This document shows, piece after piece, positions 49,125 through 62,427 of a DNA stretch of 64,000 nucleotides (position 1 is its first letter; the number at the start of each line of letters is the position of its first letter). A program made the position numbers and the translations under genes. The stretch is from the human T2T-CHM13v2.0 reference genome, Homo sapiens: the NCBI RefSeq assembly GCF_009914755.1, contig NC_060932.1; one strand, given 5' to 3'. The notes under the pieces are model-generated. The model made no database searches. It was given only the letters and a program-made list of their open reading frames with translations, and was not told the DNA's origin.

Positions 49125-50701
49125 CTCCCCCTCCCCCTCCCCCTCTCCCGTCTCCCTCTCTTTCCACGGTCTCCCTCTCATGCTGAGCCGAAGCTGGACT
49201 GTACTGCTGCCATCTCGGCTCACTGCAACCTCCCTGCCTGATTCTCCTGGCTCAGCCTGCCGAGTGCCTGCAATTGCAAGCTCGCGCCTCCACGCCTGAC
49301 TGGTTTTGGTGGAGACGGGGTTTCGCTGTGTTGGCCGGGCCGGTCTCCAGCCCCTGACCGCAAGTGATCCGCCAGCCTTGGCCTCCCGAGGTGCCGGGAT
49401 TGCAGACGGAGTCTCGTTCACTCAGTGCTCAATGGTGCCCAGGCTGGAGTGCAGTGGCGTGATCTCGGCTCGCTACAACCTCCACCTCCCAGCCGCCTGC
49501 CTTGGCCTCCCAAAGTGCCGAGATTGCAGCCTCTGCCCGGCCGCCACCCCGTCTGGGAAGTGAGGAGCGTCTCTGCCTGGCCGCCCATCGTCTGGGATGT
49601 GAGGAGCCCCTCTGCCTGGCTGCCCAGTCTGGAAAGTGAGGAGCGTCTCCGCCCGGCCGCCATCCCACCTAGGAAGTGAGGAGCACCTCTTCCCGGCCGC
49701 CATCACATCTAGGAAGTGAGGAGAGTCTCTGCCCTGCCGCCCATCGTCTGAGATGTGGGGAGCGCCTCTGCCCCGCCGCCCCGTCTGGGATGTGAGGAGC
49801 ACCTCTGCCCGGCTGCGACCCTGTCTGGGAGGTGAGGAGCATCTCTGCCCGGCTGCCCCGTCTGAGAAGTGAGGAGCCCCTCTGCCTGGCAACCGCCCCG
49901 TCTGAGAAGTGAGGAGCCCCTCCGCCCGGCAGCCGCCCCGTCTGAGAAGTGAGGAGCCTCTCCGCCCGACAGCCACCCAGTCTGGGAAGTGAGGAGCGTC
50001 TCCTCCCGGCAGCCGCCCCGTCCGGGAGGGAGGTGGGGGGGTCAGCCCCCCGCCCGGCCAGCCGCCCCGTCCGGGAGGTGAGGGGCACCTCTGCCCGGCC
50101 GCCCCTACTGGGAAGTGAGGAGCCCCTCTGCCCGGCCACCACCCCGTCTGGGAGGTGTGCCCAACAGCTCATTGAGAACGGGCCAGGATGACAATGGCGG
50201 CTTTGTGGAATAGAAAGGCGGGAAAGGTGGGGAAAAGATTGAGAAATCGGATGGCTGCCGTGTCTGTGTGGAAAGAAGTAGACATGGGAGACTTCTCATT
50301 TTGTTCTGTACTAAGAAAACTTCTTCTGCCGTGGGATCCTGTTGATCTGTGACCTTACCCCCAACCCTGTGCTCTCTGAAACATGTGCTGTGTCCACTCA
50401 GGGTTAAATGGATTAAGGGCGGTGCAAGATGTGCTTTGTTAAACAGATGCTTGAAGGCAGCATGCTCGTTAAGAGTCATCGCCACTCCCTAATCTCAAGT
50501 ACCCAGGGACACAAACACTGCGGAAGGCCGCAGGGTCCTCTGCCTAGGAAAACCAGAGACCTTTGTTCACTTGTTTATCTGCTGACCTTCCCTCCACTAT
50601 TGTCCTATGACCCTGCCAAATCCCCCTCTGTGAGAAACACCCAAGAATTATCAATAAAAAATAAATAAATTAAAAAAATAAATAAATAAATTAAAAAAAA
50701 A
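49125..50701 (+). mobile_element. Full-length SVA retrotransposon, young type (SVA_D-F; looks F-like)
   Basis: Short CCCTCT-like head, antisense Alu-like domain, GC-rich VNTR (~49540-50150), SINE-R, AATAAA and A-tail. Perfect 15-bp TSD gaaaaagaacagttt at 49110-49124 and 50702-50716. Confidence 0.97.
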
Positions 50702-52162
50702 GAAAAAGAACAGTTTATGGAAGAATAATAATTTACTATGCTTAGCCACTGCTGTTTTCTGGTTTCATTTTTTTTTTTTTTTTTGGTTGGGGGAGGAGGG
50801 TTGTTAAATAAAATTAAAGCTGTAACCCAATGCCAGATATAATAGAAAGAACTTGGTGTGCATTGACTGATGCAGTAAGCATTGAAATTTTCCATTTTCA
50901 CTTTCTCTCTTTGTTGCCATAAAATGAGAGGGTGAGGCAAGATCGTGTCTGAGGGTGGGTCCAGCTCTCAGGCTCTGGAGCTCTGCACTGCTGGGTCTCC
51001 TGGTAAAGCCCTCCTCTGAGCTTGCATCTCAGCTCTATCCTGATGGCAAAGACTGTGCTCTTTTCAAACTCATAGATGACACCCTCCTACCTACTAAGGC
51101 TGTGGTGTACCACAACTAAGTTTAACCCCTCTCTCCTGGTCTGAAAAAGTCATCTAAACCACAGGGGAAATTATTGACCATGGTTTCCTAGATCTATGCA
51201 AGAAAAATGCTCCCAAACCCTAATGCTACAAAGCTGTATTTACTTGTCCCAACTCTTTCCCGGTGTGGTTCGGATTACCCTTTGCCTGCATATGTTTTGC
51301 AATACCTCTTGGCTCTTCATCTTTGCCCACTCCTCCAGCATGCTCACTACACCTGAGAAACTTAGCCAGTACTTGGCTTAAAAATCTTCAACCTACTCAT
51401 CACCTAACAAGAGAGGGTTTAAAGTTGGCAGAGGGAATATTGCACAGAAACGCTATTTGCCAACCACCTACCAATAGCTGACTTCACAAGTGGTCCCTTA
51501 TCAGATCTGCCCATCAGAAAAGAAGGAAGAAGATTAATGATCATTCTTCAGACACCAGGACTCCCTCCGGGGAAGCTCTCTATAGAGCTAAAGGCTTGTA
51601 TTGGATTATTGTCACCGATCACTGTTTTAGGCTTGCATTCCTAGTAAAATTGAAGCTGAGCCTGTATCCCTTACAGTAGAAACTCCCAAATGCCATATTC
51701 AACATAATGAGTTTTCAGAAAGCTAAATATATCCAATGGGAAAGACTGGCCATTACATCCTTCCTGCATTTCGTTGTTATTGCTATTAAAGTGTACTTTA
51801 AAAAATAAAAATAAAAGGATAGTAATAGAAGACAGCAGGGTTTATTTTCATGTCTTTCTTGGCAGTTTAAAAAGTTGGCAATCCTATATCAATTTCTAAT
51901 TTTTTTCTAAAACTCTACTGGTCATTAAAATTAGAAAACTGGTAGCCTCATGCCTAAAGTGGCTAGTTCAGATCAAGTTACATGTAAACTGAAGAAAGGA
52001 AGAGCCTCTGATTCAAACTCTTTAAGGTCATCATTTTTTTCTTTTTCTAAGACCATTTTCTATAGATCTCAAGGTGCATAATATGCATCGCGGAGGCCCT
52101 GTAGATTTAGATAGCGATTATAACCGATTCAAGTCAGGAAATTTCTTCTGAAGTATACCTAC

Positions 52163-52340
52163 CTGTGAAACCCTCCATATCTGGGGCGCTCTGTGCCACG
52201 GGTGTCAGACTTTTGCAAAAGCCCTGTCATTCTAACGGGACGCCCTCCTGTAGGAAGTTGCCCCCTGGCGCCCGTCCTCCGGCTTCTGATGAAACGGCGA
52301 CCCACCACCCCCTTCCCAGACCCTGGCCCGCAGCCGGATC
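52163..52340 (-). ncRNA. Probable first exon of a divergent lncRNA (5' end approximate)
   Basis: Minus-strand donor CAG|GTAGGT (exon ends at 52163) at the island's left edge. The CCAAT boxes read in the minus orientation. I recall a divergent transcript (PPP1R3B-DT) at this locus but cannot verify it here. Confidence 0.5.
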
Positions 52341-52499
52341 ACTCCGGGCGCGCTGCCGATCACGTGGCGAAGCGGTGCTCCCCAGCGCCGTGGCTGCGCG
52401 CCCATTGGTCGGCGGCTGGAGTCCCGGGCGCGCCCATTGGCTGCGGGGGGCGTTCACGTGGCAGGGGGCCTGGGATGGACCCCGGGGTCCCGAGAGCTG

Positions 52500-52732
52500 G
52501 CAGGAAAGTTAAAGGGGGCAGCGCGGCCGCGGGGAGCTCGAGTCCCGGGTGACTGCTGGAGGGAGGAGGTGACCGCGCAGCTCTCGTGCACGGACGGACT
52601 TCGCCGCCCGCGGGGGGCGCGAACCCGAGCCCGGGCCCAGCTCCTGCCGTCACGGCAGCTGTCCCTGTTCCCCCAGGGCGTATGCTGCCGCGGGCTGGCG
52701 CGTCTGCCCTCGGGACTTATGAGCTGAACCCG
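52500..52732 (+). other. PPP1R3B: Predicted alternative non-coding first exon 1a of PPP1R3B (5' end approximate)
   Basis: Directly downstream of the E-box/CCAAT cluster. Donor CCG|GTACGT (GT at 52733-52734). I recall two PPP1R3B 5'UTR variants, but this exact donor is inferred. Confidence 0.55.
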
Positions 52733-53399
52733 GTACGTAGCTCCCCAAGTCTCGAGTCCGAGGGAAGGGCTGGGGACAACAAGGCGAGGGCGTGCAGCGG
52801 GGACCTCTTTGGGTTCCTGTCACCTACATTTTCACCGTGCGACTTGCACTGGCACACCGGGGCTGGAACACTCTAGGTAGCTGGCCCCAGGGAGCTGTTG
52901 CTTCAGCGTGGAGAGGGCGATCCAGGGACCGCAGCTGGGAAGCGCCTCCCGGGCCCACGTGCTCCACCGCGCTGCTGGGCCCGGCTGCGACCGTGACCCG
53001 GGAGCTGCGGCTGCGGCGGCTGATCCCTTTACCACCTGTTGTTCTGGCTTCGAAACTAGCACAAGTTCCCAGCCCCGGGTCCCGAGAGGTCTGGAGACTT
53101 CTCCAAAGTTGGGTAGTGGGGTTTGGAGCTTAAGGACAAGCCGCTTCGTCTCTCTCCGGGCCTTATTTTCCCTATAAAACGCGAGGAAATACACTTGGTA
53201 GGCTCTCAGGCCACCGAGGGCGACGGGACCTAGCACGATCCCCGTCCCGGGCTGGCGGAGGCCAGGCGGCCGCGCGGGGGTGCTGGTGTCGCGCTGCTTG
53301 CTCCGGCCGGGGTTGCCCCTTTGCCGGCCCCGCCCGGGTGCGATAACGGGCTCCTCCTCCTCGTCGTCTTCCTCCCACCGCCGACATCTCCGGGAACCC

Positions 53400-53516
53400 A
53401 GCCCAGGCCCTGCCTCCCGGACACACCGACGCTCACGTAGTCGCGCTTGCCACAACCCTGCGGGCTCTCCGATGCGGCGAGCGAGCTGGGGAGGGGGCTT
53501 CTCCGCGGCCCAAAAG
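53400..53516 (+). other. PPP1R3B: Predicted non-coding first exon 1b of PPP1R3B (5' end approximate)
   Basis: Inside the CpG island, downstream of a GC box (ccccgccc ~53327-53335). Ends at donor AAG|GTGGGT (GT at 53517-53518). Confidence 0.75.
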
Positions 53517-54541
53517 GTGGGTGCGGCGCGAGGCCAAGGAGGCTTGTAGGGAGGTTGGGGGCGGAGTGCAGCCCTGGTCAAACTGGACGGAGGGGACAGA
53601 GTCGGAGAGTAACTTGTGGGATCCTCCAGCCTGGAGAGCACTGGCCTGCTCCTGCGTCTCTTTGGAATCCAGAAAAAGGGGTGTGGAAGGCACAGTAGCT
53701 GCAAAAGAGGGAGTGGGGGCCGGTAATGACTTACTGGAAGATTTGGGGCCTGTCAGAGCACTGTTTTCTGAAAAAGAGGAGAAAACAGAGGAAAGACTGG
53801 ACTTGGGAACTTGGAGACTTGGAAGGTGTTGGAACCTGTGGTCTGAGTGGCGGGGGCCTGCCTGGGAGACCCAGGGTGCAGCAGAAGAGACAATTAGAGC
53901 TTTGGTCTGGGAGGAAGAGGAGGAGAGGAGGAAATGTTTCCTTGGGCAGAGTTGTCCAGGAGCCAAAACTAAAGTGAAGACAGCTGGAGGACTTACACAA
54001 AAGTACAGTTGAGGTATTTAGGAAAAAAAGTTAGTGGGAAGAGAAGCGGCACCAGGGGTGGGTCGCAACATACAATGTCAGGGCCAGCAGGGACCTTGGA
54101 GGGGACCTCAAGCCCAGAGCAGCTGAGTGACTCGCTCAAGTAGCAAAGCAAGGTGCGGGCATTCTTAGCCTAGTACTCTGTTTTCCCTCGTACGTTTTTA
54201 GACGGCAGGGGCTGTGTCATTTGAACTTGCCTCTTTCCTAGAATATGCAACTGTATTCACAAATGTCAGTCTCCAAGATGCTTTGGATGATGGGGACAGG
54301 ATCAAGGGGTACAAGGAGCCTTTAAGGCTGTGAATAGGCCCCCATGGTCTGAGTACAAAGGGGAAAGACATGCACTCTCTTCATGCTGGATCAGTGAAAC
54401 CTTTTGGAAGGGAACACAGAATTGTTGGAGGGAGGTAGATGGCCATGTCTTTAAAAATGAAAATTATAACCTGGTTGTGAATGTTTACTGAATGCAGTTC
54501 GGCAGCTTTCAGTGTTCCTGGTGGGTTGCTTGTGCATCTGA

Positions 54542-55173
<632 letters not shown>

Positions 55174-56841
55174 TTTTTGTCTTTTCTTACCAGAAGAAAG
55201 AGAGAGAGAGAATAAGAGAATGGAGGGGATAATGTCGTGGCCCTGATACAAAAAAGATTTCCTCCCTATGAAAGGTACAGCCAGAAAGTCAGTAGTTCAG
55301 CTGCCTGAAACCGTGAAGGTCATAGGGTTATTTTCTGTGCAGGTCTATAGTTATCACCATGGCCGTCTAACCTTGGCCAGCTGTCTTGAGAAGGTGTGTT
55401 ATGAGTGGAACAGATAAAGCATTTATGCAAAACTATCTCCATGATCTGTTAGGGTTTGCCCTGTCTTAGCCATGAACACTGTAATCTACCCTCAAGCATG
55501 GCCCAGTCTCTCACCAGAGAAACTGATCCCTGAGCTCTGAGGCATCTCTATGGAAGCAAGTGTTTGAGAATTCATACCTACCTGGGAGCAGCACTCATAC
55601 ACTCATTCCTATCCTGCAACTGGTATCAGATCCTGAGTCCTGCTCTCATGGTTCAAATGTATGTCCATAACTTCTGGTTCTTTTTTTTTCCCCCTTGGCC
55701 AACTTTGGTGACTCATATTCCCTGGCCTGGGAAAAGGACAGAGCTGGAGCAGCCAGAGAGTCTGTCAGGAGAGGAGGCTGGGCTGCAGCCTGGTGCTTCC
55801 TGTGTTGGAACCGATCATTTTCATGTCATTTGTAAAAGAAGCACCTGTCCAGGTGCCTTCTTTTCAGGAACTTAATATTACCTTGCACATCTCAGTTGCT
55901 AGGAGTACTTCTGCATGGCGGCAGCCATCCCTGTCACAGTCCGCTGGGGAGTTCCTGAGCAGTTCAGGAAAGCCTACACCAAACCAGCACTTTGGTGTGC
56001 TGATTCTTGGAGAATGACCTGGTAAATAAAATCTGGAAGCTATCTGTGGGACAGGCAAGGTGACTGACAGTCGAGTCATACCCCAGATTGAGGCCACACA
56101 GGTTAATGTCCTCACCTGCAGTTATGGTGACACACAAAGTGAAGGGATTCTAGACTGGGGTTGCTTGTGCAATGTCCCTGGGGTAGTAGTCCTGCGGGTA
56201 ACTCTTGAGCCATCATAACCTTACTTTTGCCTTTCATGGAAGAATCTTGTAATAGCAGTTTGGCTCCTTCAAGTGCCAGCAGCATTGTTTAATTAGCTCT
56301 GGCTCTGACTAGAGCCTGGCCTCTCCAAGCCGGACTTCTGCTTGTTCTTACAGCTTGGTGATAAAAAGGGATCTCAGGGACAAATTTATGCCACTGGGGT
56401 GAAACAGTGAAACTCTACCAAGGTCTTCAGCTAAGTCTCTTCAGCCTGCGGGATTAGAACTTGGGACATTGGCTCTAGTGGGCTGTGTGTAGATTCTTTG
56501 ATTGATCCTTTTGCTTTGGCTGTTTCCACAATATCTTGAGAGTTTCCAAGGCTTTTCCTAACATGCAGAAAAAGCACGTAGGAGGCTGGTTTGCAGGCTT
56601 CTTGGAAGTGCAAAGAGAACTTGCAGATAACCTGTGCTGACTCAGTTGAGGAGGAAGCTGTGAAGAGGAACCCTTCCTCCCTCAGTTCACACCCAGATTT
56701 TTCAGGATGGGTAGAGTGGGGGGCACTGGGATGCCAGATATAGCCTCTTGTTTGGTTTTCGTACTTGTTTAAAAACAAGGCTGGGCACGGTGGCTCATGC
56801 CTATAATCCCAGCACTGTGGGAGGCTGAGGGGAGCAGATCA

Positions 56842-57219
<378 letters not shown>

Positions 57220-58028
57220 TTACATTGAACCTGTTAGTCAATCCGTGGAACCTCTGCAAACCTACCTTGCCTAATTCAGTCAGAACTTTCCTTTCCAGAA
57301 CAGTTACGTGGCTATAAGAACAGATCATTGAAAGCAAATTTGCCCTTAAAATTTTCACTAGATTGATTTTCTTAAAGGGGAAACAGTGAGACAGATATCC
57401 TTTAAAATGAATGTTTAAGCACCTGCATTCTGGCCATAAGTTATTGTTTTATTTGTTTCCGAATATGTGTATTTCTCTGACTGGCCATCTGTAAGGGTTT
57501 CTTGCATCCCAGGGAAGTTCTGTACTTTTGGAAAAATGGGGTCAAATCTGATATGTGTTCGTCCGTTCACCTTTTTTCTTTACATGTTTGGTTAATCACA
57601 ATCAGAAGGTGAAAATGAGAGGTTATTTATAGAACTGAACCAGTGGTCCCAGCTCTTTACAGAAGACACTTGGCATGTTGCCTGTCACTTCTCAGGGGTG
57701 GCCATGGCTGCTTGAGAGTGAGCTCCCCAACACGTCATCACACACCTACACCTGTGCCATAAGGAGGGGTAAGATAGGTTGAGGGGAGATAGGTTTGGGG
57801 ACTCATCCAGATCCTGTGTTCTGTGATTCTCAGACTTGAGATTTTAATCCTAGTTTCGGCACTCATTTCCTTAATTTAGTCCATTGAAACTGTCAAATCA
57901 AAATATAAATTTGCCATGGTAATTAGAATGATAAAAAGTGCTCAGATTTTGGGAGGCTGAAGCGGGAGGATTGCTTGAGCTCAGGAGTTTGAGACCAACC
58001 TGGGCAACATGGTGAAACCCTGCCTCTA

Positions 58029-58250
<222 letters not shown>

Positions 58251-58424
58251 TCATAAAATATTTGAGGATTTTTTTTAGGTTCATTTTGTTCTGATGATAG
58301 AAGCAATATTATTTTAGAAGATATAATACAAACCAGGATACCAGAAATTCCTGAAATCTTGTCACCTAGGTATTCTGATTTTAAATATATATCTCTAGTC
58401 TTTTTTCTCTGCATTTACATAATA

Positions 58425-58866
58425 CAGTTGATCCTTGGACAACATGGAGTCTAGGGGAGCCTAGCCCCCACACAGTCAAAAATCCACATATAACTTTTGA
58501 CTCCCCAAAACCTTCACTTCTAACAGCTTACTGTTGACCAGAGTCTTACCAATAACATCAACAGTCGATTAACACATATTTTGTATTTTATTTGTAACAT
58601 ATACCGTATTCTTATAGTAAAGTAAACTAAAGGAAAGAAAATGTTAAGAAAATCATAGGAAAGAGAAAATATATTTACTATTCATTAAGTGGATGCGGGT
58701 CATCATAAAGGTCTTCATTCTCATCCTCTTCACGTTGAGTAGGCTGAGGAGGAGGAAGAGGAGGAGAAGGGGTTGGTCTTGCTGTCTCAGGGCGGCAGAG
58801 GCAGAAGAGAATCTGAGCATACGTGGACCTACAAAGTTCAAACTCATGTCGTTGAAGTGACAACAG
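58425..58866 (-). mobile_element. Tigger2a-like DNA transposon
   Basis: Reverse-orientation homologue of the element at 47137-47881. Confidence 0.8.
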
Positions 58867-59023
58867 CATTTTTCCCCACAAGTCTAGTTTCTATGTACAA
58901 TTTTATCTTCTCTCTCTCTATATATATATACATATGTAGACATAAATATAAATATATAATATTTTTTTTTCATTTCATTTGAATCTTTTTTAAAATAATG
59001 GCTTTAATGATGATATAAAATTA

Positions 59024-59314
<291 letters not shown>

Positions 59315-60844
59315 TCAAAAAAGGAAAAAATAACAACAGTAAAAATAAAAGTACAACACATGGATGTGGTACATTTAATTTAACCAGGTACCTGTTAATG
59401 GTCACCTAGGTTATTTTGTCATCTTTTTCCCCCTATAATGTGGCATTGAACATTTTAGTACCTTAATCTCTGTGTGTTTTTAATTCTTTACCTAGGATAA
59501 ATGTCTCTATGTGATATTAGGATAAAAAATGATTAAAAAATTAGAAAGTTTGTACCAATTTTAACTAATGAAAATGTTTGCATTGGCTGGGCACAGTGGC
59601 TCATACCTATAAATCCCAGCATTTTGGGAGGCTGAGGTGGGAGGATTGCTTGAGTCCAGGAATTCAAGACTGGTCTGAGCAACATAGTGAGACCTCGTCT
59701 CTACAAAAAAATATTTTTTAAAAATTAGCCGGACATGGTGGCTCATGCCTGTGGTCCTAGCTACTCGGGAGGCTGAGGTGGGAGGACCGCTTGAGCCCAG
59801 GAGGTGGAGGCTGCCATAAGCCATGTTCATACCACTTCACTCCAGCCTAGGTGACAGAGTAAGACCCAGTCTCAAACAAAAAAAAAAAAAAAAGAAAAAC
59901 TTGTATTATCTTTTCAATTTTTTTCCTAATTCAATAAATAAAAAACAGACATTGTTTTTCATCTAAATTTCTTAAATTAATAATAAGGTTGAACATTTTG
60001 CATATTTATAGGCCACTTTAAAATTTTTTTTCATGAATTTTCTATTCATGTTCTTTGCTTATTTTTCTATGTGGAATATTTGACTTTATTATTGCTTTGT
60101 AAGAACACTTTACATATTAAGGTATTAGCTCTGCTGCTATGCTTATTGTAAAATATTTTCACAGTTTGTCTGTAGTCTTTTTTTGTTTTACTTATCGTTT
60201 TTACTTAAAGAAAATATAGTTTTTGTTAACTCAGATTTATCCTCTTTCAGCATGATTCTCTTTGCTTTTTATTCTTATAGAGCCAATTTTTTACTTGTGG
60301 AAAAAACAAATATTCACCTATGTTAAAGGCTTAAGAATACGAAATTGCTGGTTGTTTTTATTTTATTTATTTTTATTTTTTTTGAGACAGAGTCTTGCTC
60401 TGTGGCCCAGGCTGGAGTGTGTGATCTCTGCACACTGCAACCTCCGCCTCCCAGGTTCAAGCAATTCTGCTGTCTCAGCCTACAGAGCAGCTGGGACTAC
60501 AGGTGCATGCCACCATGCCCAGCTAATTTTTGTAATTTTAGTAGAGATGGGGTTTCACCATATTGGTCAGGCTGGTCTCAAACTCCTGACCTCAGATGAA
60601 CCACCTGCCCAGCCTCCCAAAGTGTTGGGATTACAGGCGTGAGCCACCGCCCAGGCCTGCTGGTTCTTTTTAAAAGAATGGTATCCTGACATTTAAAAAC
60701 CTACCATAAACTTAATGAAAGCAGGTTTGTGTCTATCTTCACTATTGAATCCCAGTATCTTGCTTGATGCCTGCCATATAGGAAACACCCAATCCCTATT
60801 TGTGGGATGAATCCATTTCTTTTTATCAGATTATAGCAAATATA

Positions 60845-61685
60845 AAGCCACAATGAGATGTCACGTCACACCCGTTAGGATGGCTATTTTCAAGAAGACC
60901 AAAGAAAATAAGTATTGGCAAAGACGTGGAGAAAAGGGAACCCTTGTCTCCTGCTGGTGGGAATGTAAATTAGTACAGCCATTATGGAAAATAGTAGGGA
61001 GGCTCCTCAAAAAACCACAACTAGAACTACTATATGACCCGGCAATCCCACTGCAGGACATATATCCAAAGGAATTGAAGTCAGTGTATCGGAGAGTTAT
61101 CTGTACTCTTATGTTCATTGCAGCGTTATTCACTAAGCCAAGATACGGAATCAACCTAAGTGCCCATCATTGGATGAGTGAATAAAGAAAACATGGTATA
61201 TAAACACAGTGGAATACCATTCTACCTGAAGAAAGAAGGAAATCCTGTCATTTGTGCCAACGGGGATGAACCTGGAGGATGTTAAGTGAATAAGTCAGGC
61301 ACAGAGTGACAAATATAGCATGATCTCACTTATATGTGGAATCTGAAAAAGTCAAACTCATAGAAACAGAGAGTACAGGGGTGGCTACCAGAAAGTGAGG
61401 GTAGAGGGACTGGAGAGGTATCCTTTGGCCAAAGGATACAAAATTTCAGGTAGACGGGAGGAATAAATTCAAGAGATCTGATGTACAATATGGTGCCTAT
61501 ACTTGGTAATGATATGTTATATATTTGAAAATTGCTGAGAGTGGATTTTAAGTGTTCTCACTGCAAAAAAAGTGTGATATAATGCATGTTAAATAGCTCG
61601 ATTTAGCCATTCCACAATGTATACATATATGGAAACCTGTTGTACACCATAAGAATATACAATTTTTACTTCTCAATTAATAAAG
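60845..61685 (+). mobile_element. L1MA-type 3' fragment (ORF2 end plus 3'UTR) in PPP1R3B intron 1
   Basis: Translation resembles the L1 ORF2 C-terminus (CWWECKLVQPLWK...YDPAIPL...IYPKE). Confidence 0.88.
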
Positions 61686-62376
61686 AGAGGCAGAGAGGCT
61701 CACACCTGTAATCCTAGCACCTTGGGAGGTCAAGGCAGGAGGATGGATTGAGCCAGGAGTGTGAGACCAGCCTGGGCAACATAGCGAGTCCTGTCTCTAC
61801 AAAAATTTTTTAAAATTAGCCAAGCATGGTGACTTGCGCCTGTGGTCCCACTTTCTTGGGAGGCTGAGGTGGGAGGATCATTTGAGCCTGGGAGGTCGAG
61901 GCTGCAGTGAGCTGTGCTCACGCCACTGCGCTCCAGCCTGGGCACAGAGCAACACCCTATCTCTAAAAATACGTAAATAAATAGTGTCCCTCAGGACAGC
62001 TATCTGTGGAAGACACCCTTTTAGTCAAATAGATTTGGGAAATTTTAAAACAGTATATATGCCCTTTTGATTATCCTCTGTGGCACATTTGCCAACGGAA
62101 GGCCCCAAGAAATGCTGACCAAAAAACCTGTGCATTTAGTTTTAAAACTAGTGGGTTTCATACTCTTTTGTTTGTTTTAACCTTGAAGCACCCCCCACCC
62201 CCCACCGCATCTCGTCCCCCCACAACATAATCTTCTCTCAAACGCATGTTGTGCTGGACCACACCAGAGTTAATCCTGACCTGTAGCCAGGTGGGCATAG
62301 ATAAAAGGAAATATTGTTTGCCAGTCCCTGCTGGAATGATGCCTTTACACATCTGTCTGATCTGATTGCTCCACTG

Positions 62377-62410
62377 TTTTCTTTCTTCTCTTCCCTTTCC
62401 ACGGTTCTAG
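62377..62410 (+). other. PPP1R3B: 3' splice acceptor of PPP1R3B intron 1 (exon 2 starts at 62411, 17 nt before the ATG)
   Basis: Pyrimidine tract 62377-62400, no AG for ~85 nt upstream, first AG at 62409-62410 (ttctag|cctg). Confidence 0.85.
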
Positions 62411-62427
62411 CCTGTTCATCTAGCCCC

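Larger units (their letters stand above)
52190..53700. promoter_or_regulatory. CpG island / bidirectional promoter of PPP1R3B
   Basis: Very high GC and CpG density outside any repeat. CACGTG at 52361, 52455 and 52956. ATTGG (reverse CCAAT) at 52404 and 52436. Splice donors point outward on both strands. Confidence 0.92.

Noticed and set aside
49032-50668. Many overlapping ORFs of 76-167 aa
   Set aside because: All derive from the SVA Alu-like, VNTR and SINE-R sequence.
52355-52475. ChoRE (ChREBP) or canonical ERSE in the promoter
   Set aside because: Neither E-box has a partner half-site 5 bp away, and the CCAAT-CCACG spacing is N10 rather than N9.
52832-53704. 290-aa minus-strand ORF and other long ORFs in the CpG island
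   Set aside because: Stop-poor GC-rich DNA, low-complexity Arg/Pro/Gly composition, non-ATG start and no recognisable domain.
60853-61185. 110-aa ORF resembling a real protein
   Set aside because: Degenerate L1 ORF2 C-terminal fragment, not a gene.
62314-62427. 38-codon N-terminal extension of the 323-aa ORF in the track
   Set aside because: Starts at a non-ATG codon in the intron and runs through the polypyrimidine tract and acceptor. The real CDS starts at 62428.
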